A stretch of 64,000 nt of DNA, taken from contig CAIQVJ010000019.1 in assembly GCA_903875225.1 (NCBI GenBank), positions 166,217 to 230,216 of the forward strand, in the 5' to 3' direction. The notes beneath the pieces were generated by a model. That model saw only the letters and a program-made list of their open reading frames with translations, had not been told where the DNA came from and searched no databases. Positions 18,275-25,316 of the stretch are shown here, piece after piece (the stretch's first letter is position 1; each line of letters opens with the position of its first letter). Origin of the DNA: an uncultured Pseudomonadota bacterium. GTDB taxonomy: Bacteria; Myxococcota_A; UBA796; SXON01. Both the position numbers and the translations under genes were made by a program.

Positions 18275-18471
18275 ACGGCCGGCGTGAGGCGGGGGCGGAC
18301 CGCGGATGGGTGCGGGGGAGGCCGCGACCAGGGAGCAGGAGCCTCACTGCGGAGCAGAATTCGTGGGGCTTTCGGGGGGATCCCGCAGACCCCGCTTGCG
18401 GCCGGGGCTTGTTTCATGCTACCAAGCCGCGTTGCTCCGCCTGGAGCCGCCCATCACCCGTCGGAGGATTC

Positions 18472-19371
18472 ATGAGCCGTCTTTCCCTCTCCCTCTCCGC
18501 CCTCGTCGGGCTGGCCCTCCTGGCCCCCGGGTGCGCCGGTAGCTACAAGCAGACCCACGACACGACCGACGGCTCCAACCTCGACTCCGGGGACGCCGAC
18601 ACCGATGCCGACACCGATGCCGACACCGATGCCGACTCGGACACCGACACCGATACGGACACCGATTCGGACACCGACACCGACACGGACACCGACACCG
18701 ACACCGACACGGGTCCGGCGCTCTGCTCCAGTTCGTGGGAGCCGCTGCAGATCAACGGCTGGACACGCAACTACACGATGACGCTCCAGGGCACGGAAGG
18801 CACGGGCGTCCAGGAGGTGTGGGGCACCACCTACACGTCGGACGGCACCCTGGCCTACAACCTCTACGACGAGGTGGACAGCACGAGCGTCGGTTGGGCG
18901 GGCAACACCTCGATCGCCTGCGACCTCGACGGCGGCACCGGCCTGTACATGGTCGAGTGGAACATGGCCGCGAGCTACGGCGGCACGAGCATGGGCTCCA
19001 TGCTCTCGACGCCCGACTCGCCCCGTCGGATCCTGCCGCCCGACTCCGAGATCCCCGGCGCCGGCACCTGGGCCTACAGCTACACGTCGAGCGCCAACAT
19101 GAGCGGGATCCCGATCACGATGACCGCGAGCGGCGCCTACACCGAGGTGGGCATCGAGCCCTGGACCGCCCCCGACGGCTCGGTCTACGATGCGTACCAC
19201 CTCTCGAACGCGTACAGCGAGGACTTCGGCGGGTACTACCAGCTCGGCGGCGTGATCGACCAGTACTACGTGAAGGGCCTCGGCCTCGTGAAGGAGGTCA
19301 ACACGCAGACCGATGGCACGGTGTTCATGACGCGTGACATCACCACCTGGTCGGGCCTGACCCCGTCCTAG
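18472..19371 (+). CDS. Lipoprotein with long (Asp-Thr/Ala/Ser)n linker, unknown function
   Basis: An internal ATG gives MSRLSLSLSALVGLALLAPGC, followed by roughly 40 residues of D-[TAS] dipeptide repeat (DADTDADTDADTDADSDTDTDTDTDSDTDTDTDTDTDT) and a 210-aa beta domain. Confidence 0.75.
   Translation: MSRLSLSLSALVGLALLAPGCAGSYKQTHDTTDGSNLDSGDADTDADTDADTDADSDTDTDTDTDSDTDTDTDTDTDTDTGPALCSSSWEPLQINGWTRNYTMTLQGTEGTGVQEVWGTTYTSDGTLAYNLYDEVDSTSVGWAGNTSIACDLDGGTGLYMVEWNMAASYGGTSMGSMLSTPDSPRRILPPDSEIPGAGTWAYSYTSSANMSGIPITMTASGAYTEVGIEPWTAPDGSVYDAYHLSNAYSEDFGGYYQLGGVIDQYYVKGLGLVKEVNTQTDGTVFMTRDITTWSGLTPS
18592..18711. repeat. Imperfect 6/12-bp microsatellite (GACACC/GATGCC...) encoding the D-[TAS] dipeptide linker
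   Basis: Read directly: gacgccgacaccgatgccgacaccgatgccgacaccgatgccgactcggacaccgacaccgatacggacaccgattcggacaccgacaccgacacggacaccgacaccgacaccgacacg. Confidence 0.9.
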
Positions 19372-19393
19372 GACCGGTCCGGCCCGCCCGGGT

Positions 19394-20530
19394 TCACAGG
19401 TAGCGGTCCGGGTCTGCGAGGATCCGGGCCAGCAGCTCAGGCGGGACGATGCCGGCGCGCAGGTTCACCATCGCGAGCGGCTCGCCAAGCGCAGCGGCAA
19501 GGCCGGCGAGCGCGCCCCCGGACAGCGTGCGTTCGTCGCTCTCGACCTTGGAGAGCAGGCTGTGCGAGAGCCCCAGGCGGGCCGCGAGGTCGCTCTGCGT
19601 CCAGCCCCGGGAGGCGCGCGCCCGACGCAGCCAGCTACCGAACGAGGCGGGTACCCCGCCGGTCGACTGCGTCGCGTGCTCCGGGAGGGTGGCAGGCGCG
19701 CCAGCTTCTGCAGGCCGCTCCCAGTGCAGGCTGGCGAAGGCCGAGTGGTTGTGGATGGACTCCATGTTCTCCACCTCGACGTCCATCGCCGTCACCCCCG
19801 CGGGGTGCTCCTGCAGGGCCCGGACACTGTCCCGGAGCAGGTCCTCCACGAACAGCGGGTGGTCGTACGCGCGCTCGGTCACGAATTTCTCGTCCTCGCG
19901 CTTGAGCAGGCTGTACAGCGGGCACGATGCGACGCCCTCGATCAGCTCGACGACATCTTCAATCCAGAGCATCCTCGCCGCGCGCGCCCGGACCCGCACG
20001 TAGCCGCGCTGGTTGTGCGCCCCGCGGTCGCTCACGGCCTTGGAGCAGGGGCACACCGTCGTGACCGGCACCTCCACGCGCAGCTCGAAGCAGAAGCTCT
20101 CTCCGTCCCGCTCCGCGTGGAAGCCGCACTGGTAGCTGGAGAGCGAGGGGGCTCGGCTCACGGGTGCTGCGCGATGCAGGAAGTACGTGAAGCTCGCGTC
20201 GAGCTGCGCACGGTCGGCCCCGAGGCGCTGCTGCATGCGGGCGAGCAGGTCCGGCAGGTTCTTCAGGGAGAGCTCGGACCGGATGTCGTTGAGCACCTCG
20301 ACGAACCGGCTCATGTGCGTGCCCTTCACGTCTGCGGGGAGGGCGACGCTCGCGTCGATGCGGGCGACGGTGTGCTGCATCCCGTCTGCCCGGTCCCACA
20401 CCGTGATCGGCCAGGACAGGCCCTTGATCCCGACCCGGTCGATGGCGATGCCGCGCTCGTCAGCGTGGGATGCGTGGTCGGGCAGGTGCTGGCGTAGCGT
20501 ACTGCTGCGGGGGTCGGGAGGGGTCGTCAT
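19394..20530 (-). CDS. folE2: GTP cyclohydrolase IB (FolE2/MptA family) fused to a C-terminal XRE-type helix-turn-helix domain
   Basis: FolE2 blocks: IDRVGIKGL, GTHMSRFVE, VTTVCPCSK, GAHNQRG, ENMESIHNHSAFA. The last ~80 aa are WLRRARASRGWTQSDLAARLGLSHSLLSKVESDERTLS, which follows the HTH_3/XRE pattern. It is a single uninterrupted ORF. Confidence 0.85.
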   Translation of the reverse strand: MTTPPDPRSSTLRQHLPDHASHADERGIAIDRVGIKGLSWPITVWDRADGMQHTVARIDASVALPADVKGTHMSRFVEVLNDIRSELSLKNLPDLLARMQQRLGADRAQLDASFTYFLHRAAPVSRAPSLSSYQCGFHAERDGESFCFELRVEVPVTTVCPCSKAVSDRGAHNQRGYVRVRARAARMLWIEDVVELIEGVASCPLYSLLKREDEKFVTERAYDHPLFVEDLLRDSVRALQEHPAGVTAMDVEVENMESIHNHSAFASLHWERPAEAGAPATLPEHATQSTGGVPASFGSWLRRARASRGWTQSDLAARLGLSHSLLSKVESDERTLSGGALAGLAAALGEPLAMVNLRAGIVPPELLARILADPDRYL

Positions 20531-20591
20531 GCGGCCGCCTACCGGTTATCGCCAGAATTGTCAACTCTCGCGGAGCAGCATCTTGCCAACG

Positions 20592-21056
20592 ATGGAAAAC
20601 CCCACGCCTGCCGGCACGGTCACCTGTACGCGGAGGCTGGAGTGGGACGCGATGCACCGGATCCCCCGACACGAGTCGAAGTGTGCGGCGTTTCACGGCC
20701 ATCGGTACGCCGTGGAGCTCACGTGCGTCGCGCCGCTCGACGCCCTGGGCCGGGTGATTGACTTCGGCGTGGTCAAGCAGCTTGTCGGTGGCTGGATCGA
20801 CGCCTCCTGGGACCACACCGCCATCCTGCAGCGCGACGATCCAGACCCTGCGATCAAGGCGATCGCAGCATCGAACGAGGCCCATGGGCGGCCGGTCTAC
20901 TGGATGGACGTGCCGCCCACGGCCGAGAACATGGCAGCGGAGCTCGCCGGCGTGGCGACCACCCTGCTCGCACCGACGGGGGTCGTGCTGCAGCGCCTGC
21001 GGCTCTGGGAGACGCCGAACGGCAGTGCGGAGTGGGTTCGCGCGGGCTCGGCATGA
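20592..21056 (+). CDS. queD: 6-carboxytetrahydropterin synthase / 6-pyruvoyl-tetrahydropterin synthase family
   Basis: 154 aa. ESKCAAFHGHRYAVEL (Cys plus HGH zinc motif), DFG..K....W.D...DH, and a C-terminal LWETPN..AEW. It is divergent from folE2 across a 61-bp spacer. Confidence 0.85.
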   Translation: MENPTPAGTVTCTRRLEWDAMHRIPRHESKCAAFHGHRYAVELTCVAPLDALGRVIDFGVVKQLVGGWIDASWDHTAILQRDDPDPAIKAIAASNEAHGRPVYWMDVPPTAENMAAELAGVATTLLAPTGVVLQRLRLWETPNGSAEWVRAGSA

Positions 21057-22087
21057 GCTGGTCGGGCAAGGCCCTCGGCGGGCTGTTCGGTGCGCTCGTC
21101 GGTGGGCCGGTCGGCGCCGGGGTCGGGGCGGCGGTGGGCCACTACCTGGGCGATGCGCGCCCCGAGGCCCGGGAGTTGGAGCTGGTGAAGCTCCGCTGGG
21201 TCCACCATGGCTTCCAGTCGTCCGGCCCCGGCGTGGCGCTCACACCGGTGTGGCGCGCGCGAGGGCTGGTGGACGTGGACGTGACCGTACGCGTCGACGC
21301 TGCGGGCCGGTGCGAGACCGCCGTGGTCACGCCCGATCACCCGGTGGAGGAGATCGAGTCTCCAGGCTGCTTCGTGCCCTACGGCTGGTTCCCCGCCGGG
21401 GAGAGCGCTCCCGTGACCGTGACCCTCCGCGCCGCCCGGGGCGGCCAGGATCGCGAGGTGTTCGAGATCCCGATGCCGCGCGGCGCGCGACGGCTGGGAA
21501 ACAGCGGCCCGGGGCGGGTGGTCATGGCGCTGGTCGCCTGCGCGCGCGCCGGCGGGCGGGGGCTGACCCCCGACGACAAGGACTACCTCCGGACGCGGTT
21601 CCTGGAGGGCCAGCCGCTGGACGCGGACGGGAGGGCCTGGCTGGCCGCCTGGCTCCTGGAGCTGGAGACGGCGGCGCTCGGGCGACTGGACGCGCAGCGC
21701 GTGGCGCGACGCCTGTCGGTGCATGTGGACGACGCGGGCGTGGACCGTGTGATGACGTGGCTGATGCACGGCACGCGGGCCAGTTGGCCCACCGAGGCTG
21801 CGGAGCGCTTCATCGACGAGCTGGCTGGCGGGCTGGGGGCGGGTGCCCGCCTGGACGCCCTCTGGGCACGCGTGGCGGCGGAGCCGGACCCTGTCGCCGT
21901 CGCGCGGGCCGGACGGGTGCTGGGGGTCGCGCCGGGCACGCCGACGGATGAGGCGCGCAAGGCCTACCGCGCGCTGGTGATGCGGTGGCACCCGGACAGG
22001 GCGGCGTCGGCCGCCGAGGCCGAGGAGTTCACCCGGCGCACGGCCGCGATCAATGCAGCCTGGGCAGTGATTTCGGGGGGGCGCTGA
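21053..22087 (+). CDS. DjlA-like membrane co-chaperone (Gly-rich N-terminal TM, central domains, C-terminal J domain)
   Basis: The ATG overlaps the queD stop (ATGA at 21053-21056). The N-terminus is GKALGGLFGALVGGPVGAGVGAAVG. The C-terminus LGV.PGTPTDEARKAYRALVMRWHPDR carries the HPD motif. Confidence 0.8.
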   Translation: MSWSGKALGGLFGALVGGPVGAGVGAAVGHYLGDARPEARELELVKLRWVHHGFQSSGPGVALTPVWRARGLVDVDVTVRVDAAGRCETAVVTPDHPVEEIESPGCFVPYGWFPAGESAPVTVTLRAARGGQDREVFEIPMPRGARRLGNSGPGRVVMALVACARAGGRGLTPDDKDYLRTRFLEGQPLDADGRAWLAAWLLELETAALGRLDAQRVARRLSVHVDDAGVDRVMTWLMHGTRASWPTEAAERFIDELAGGLGAGARLDALWARVAAEPDPVAVARAGRVLGVAPGTPTDEARKAYRALVMRWHPDRAASAAEAEEFTRRTAAINAAWAVISGGR

Positions 22088-22142
22088 CATTCCGGGGACA
22101 ACGCGGCTCGCCCGGGGCGGGCGTCCGCGATAGCCGCGGGCC

Positions 22143-22787
22143 GTGTTCACCGGCCTAGTTGATCATTGCGGCAGGATCGTCTCCACCGGCCCCAGCGGCT
22201 CCGGGCGGGCGCTGCGCATCGAGAGCCGGTTCACGGATTTCGTGCTCGGGGAGAGCATCGCGTGCGACGGCGTCTGTCTGACGGTCGAGAGCTGGACGGC
22301 GGGCGCGTTCACGGTCACCGCGGGGGACGAGACGCTGCGCGTCACGACCCTGGGGGCAAAGCACGCGGGTGACACCGTGCATCTGGAGCGTGCGCTGCGG
22401 GTCGGCGACCGTCTGGGCGGGCACCTCGTGCAGGGGCATGTGGACGGCGTCGGCGAGGTCATGGCGATCATCCCGGGCGCCACGTGGACCCGTGTGGACA
22501 TCGCCGTCCCCGCGGAGCTGGCGAGGTACATCGCGACGAAGGGCAGCGTGACGGTGGACGGCGTGAGCCTCACAGTCAACCAGGTGCACGATGCCGGCGC
22601 GCTTCACACGTTTTCCGTGGGCCTCGTCCCCCACACGCTCGCCGTCACCCGTTTCGGCGGGCTCTCGGTGGGCACGCGGGTGAACATCGAGACCGACCTG
22701 CTCGCGCGCTACGCCGAGCGGCTGGCGGCCTTCCCGCCGAACGAGCCCTCCGTCACGGTCGATCTGCTGCACAGAGCCGGCTTTTGA
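22143..22787 (+). CDS. ribE: Riboflavin synthase (alpha chain)
   Basis: (M/V)FTGLV at the N-terminus, [36 protein letters not shown], with the internal duplication typical of the family. GTG start. Confidence 0.95.
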   Translation: MFTGLVDHCGRIVSTGPSGSGRALRIESRFTDFVLGESIACDGVCLTVESWTAGAFTVTAGDETLRVTTLGAKHAGDTVHLERALRVGDRLGGHLVQGHVDGVGEVMAIIPGATWTRVDIAVPAELARYIATKGSVTVDGVSLTVNQVHDAGALHTFSVGLVPHTLAVTRFGGLSVGTRVNIETDLLARYAERLAAFPPNEPSVTVDLLHRAGF

Positions 22788-22804
22788 ATCCCGCTTCCTC
22801 AAGG

Positions 22805-23914
22805 ATGTCCATGTCGTTCGAAGTCATGCACCGCGATCCCGAGACCCGCGTGAAGATCGCCCTCGACGACATCCGCGCCGGTCGGATGGTGATCCTGATC
22901 GACGACGAGGACCGCGAGAACGAAGGCGATCTCACGCTCGCCAGCGATCGCGTGACCCCGGAGGCCATCAATTTCATGGCCACGCACGGCCGTGGCCTGA
23001 TCTGCGTCACCTTGACGGACGAGCGCGTCGGCGCCCTGAACCTGCCGATGATGGCGTCGAACAACCGCTCCCCGTTCTCCACGGCCTTCACGGTCTCCGT
23101 CGAGGCCCGCGATGGCGTCACCACCGGGATCTCCGCGGCCGATCGGTCCCGGACCGTGCAGGTGCTCATCGACCCGGCCACCGGCCCCAACGATCTGGTC
23201 ACCCCGGGGCACATGTTCCCGTTGAAGGCCCGTAATGGTGGCGTGCTCGTGCGAACCGGCCAGACCGAGGGTTCCGTCGATCTCGCGCGCCTCGCTGGGC
23301 TCACCCCCTCTGGCGTCATCTGCGAGATCATGAACGACGACGGCACCATGGCGCGCCTTCCGGACCTCGAGAAGTTCGGTATGAAGCACGGTATACACAT
23401 CGTGAGCGTCGCTGATCTCGTGCGCTGGCGGCTCACGTACGAGCATCTCGTCACGCCGGTGCTCGACCTGCCGATCGCCACCGAGGAGTTCGGGTCCTTC
23501 CAGGCCCGGGTGTACCAGGCCATGGGCGGTGGGCTGCACCTCGCGTTGTGGGCGGGGGAGCTCACCGGTCCCGTGCTCACGCGGGTCCAGGCCTCCAGCG
23601 GGCCCGTGGACGTGCTGCGGGCCCTGGCCAGCGGCTCACAGGGGCCGCTGCGCGCAGCGATGTCGGCGATCGCCCGCGAAGGCAAGGGTGTGCTGCTCTA
23701 CCTGCACATCGACGGCAGTGGGCCCGATGCGCTCCTCGCCCGGATGCGCGGCGAGGCGTCCAAGCACGATCCGCTCCGTGAGCTTGGCCTGGGCGCGCAG
23801 ATCCTCGCCCACCTCGGCGTGCGGGAGATCCGCCTGCTCACGAACAACCCCCGCAAGATCATCGGGCTGGACGCCTTCGGCCTGCACATCCTCGAGCACA
23901 TGCCGCTGGGCTAG
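22805..23914 (+). CDS. ribB: 3,4-dihydroxy-2-butanone-4-phosphate synthase fused to a degenerate GTP cyclohydrolase II-like domain (RibBX-type)
   Basis: The N-terminal half is canonical RibB ([37 protein letters not shown]). The C-terminal half aligns to RibA, but the zinc cysteines are replaced: RVHSEC becomes RVQASS and LRCDCG becomes LASGSQ. Confidence 0.9.
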   Translation: MSMSFEVMHRDPETRVKIALDDIRAGRMVILIDDEDRENEGDLTLASDRVTPEAINFMATHGRGLICVTLTDERVGALNLPMMASNNRSPFSTAFTVSVEARDGVTTGISAADRSRTVQVLIDPATGPNDLVTPGHMFPLKARNGGVLVRTGQTEGSVDLARLAGLTPSGVICEIMNDDGTMARLPDLEKFGMKHGIHIVSVADLVRWRLTYEHLVTPVLDLPIATEEFGSFQARVYQAMGGGLHLALWAGELTGPVLTRVQASSGPVDVLRALASGSQGPLRAAMSAIAREGKGVLLYLHIDGSGPDALLARMRGEASKHDPLRELGLGAQILAHLGVREIRLLTNNPRKIIGLDAFGLHILEHMPLG

Positions 23915-25314
23915 CCGAACGTGATGTCCTGCAGCCGGATGTTCAACCTTCCAATCCGGTAGTTCAGGTTCGACCTGCTGATGCCGAGCTTGCGGGCCGC
24001 CTGGGCCTGCACGCCGCCCGCCTCGGTGAGCGCCTCGATGATCAGCTGGCGCTCGATCGAGTCCAGCGCCGTTGGGAGCCCACCTGCGCCGATGTCGTCA
24101 ACGGAGATCCCGGTGCCCGACGGCCGGGTGAGCGGCTCGGACTCCGGCAGGTGGGCGGTCGTGATCTCGCCGCCGGCGGCGAGCAGCACGGAGCGCTCCA
24201 TGAAGTGCTCCAGCTCCCGGATGTTCCCGGGCCAGCTGTGCGCCTGCAGCGAGCGCATCGCGGCTGGCCCGATGACGGGCTCCTTGCGGAGGTGCCGCTC
24301 CGCGAACTTCTTGCAGAAGTGGGCGACCAGCAGCGGGATGTCATCCCGGCGCTCGCGAAGGGCCGGCAGCTTGATGTTGAAGACGTGGAGCCGGTAGTAG
24401 AGGTCGGCGCGAAAGGTCCCGGCCTGCACCTCCTTGCGCAGATCGCGGTTCGTCGCGCAGATCACGCGGACATCCACCTTGACCGGGGTCTCCCCCCCCA
24501 CGCGGGTGAACATCCCGCCTTCGAGCACGCGCAGCAGCCGGACCTGCACGCTCGGGGGGATCTCGCCGATCTCGTCCAGGAACAGGGTACCTCCGTCCGC
24601 CTGCTCGAACTTGCCCTGGTGCTGACGCGAGGCGCCCGTGAACGACCCGCGCTCGTGGCCGAAGAGCTCGCTCTCCAGGAGGCTCTCTGGCAGGGCACCG
24701 CAGTTCACCGCGATCATCGGGCCCTGCGCGCGACGGCTGCGGTAGTGGATCGCGTGGGCGATGAGCTCCTTCCCGGTACCCGTCTCGCCGTTGATGAGCA
24801 CGAGGGCGTTGGAGTCCGCCACGGCCTGGATCTGCTCGTACACCTCGCGCATCGGCGCGGAGATGCCGATCATGTTGGCAAACCCGTACTTTTCCGTGAC
24901 CTCGTGGCGGAGCTGCGTGAGCTCCCGCTGCATCGCCCGCGTCTGCAGCGCACGATCGAGCAGGAGCAGCAGCTCGTCCCGCTCGACCGGCTTGATGATG
25001 TAGTCCGCGGCGCCCGCCTTCATCGCCCCTACCGCATCGGCGACCGAGCCGAAGCCGGTCATCACCACCACGCGGGTGTCCGGCCAGTGGGTCCGGACCT
25101 CGGAGAGGAGCTGCAGCCCCGAGCCGCCCGGCATGTTCACGTCGGTGAGCAGCACGTCGAAGGAGGATTCCCGCAGCAACTGCAGCGCCTCGCCGCTCGA
25201 GGATGCCAGCGAGACGTCGTACTGCGCCTTCTTGAGGTTCACCGACAACGCCGTGCGCACCGCGCGGTCGTCGTCAGCGACCAGGATCCGGGCGGCGCGC
25301 GCGGGGGAGTCCAC
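23911..25314 (-). CDS. Sigma-54-dependent response regulator (NtrC family enhancer-binding protein)
   Basis: Receiver domain (ILVADDD...LLTDVNMPG), AAA+ domain ([31 protein letters not shown]) and a C-terminal Fis-type HTH ([15 protein letters not shown]). The GTG start at 25314 lies 2 nt after the sppA stop. Confidence 0.9.
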   Translation of the reverse strand: MDSPARAARILVADDDRAVRTALSVNLKKAQYDVSLASSSGEALQLLRESSFDVLLTDVNMPGGSGLQLLSEVRTHWPDTRVVVMTGFGSVADAVGAMKAGAADYIIKPVERDELLLLLDRALQTRAMQRELTQLRHEVTEKYGFANMIGISAPMREVYEQIQAVADSNALVLINGETGTGKELIAHAIHYRSRRAQGPMIAVNCGALPESLLESELFGHERGSFTGASRQHQGKFEQADGGTLFLDEIGEIPPSVQVRLLRVLEGGMFTRVGGETPVKVDVRVICATNRDLRKEVQAGTFRADLYYRLHVFNIKLPALRERRDDIPLLVAHFCKKFAERHLRKEPVIGPAAMRSLQAHSWPGNIRELEHFMERSVLLAAGGEITTAHLPESEPLTRPSGTGISVDDIGAGGLPTALDSIERQLIIEALTEAGGVQAQAARKLGISRSNLNYRIGRLNIRLQDITFG

Positions 25315-25316
25315 GG

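Noticed and set aside
22088-22142. FMN riboswitch (RFN element) upstream of ribE
   Set aside because: The gap is only 55 nt, far shorter than an RFN aptamer plus expression platform, and I see no conserved RFN core sequence.
20897-22150. 417-aa minus-strand ORF
   Set aside because: It is antisense to the J-domain protein gene. The plus-strand product has an HPD J-domain and an ATGA coupling to queD.
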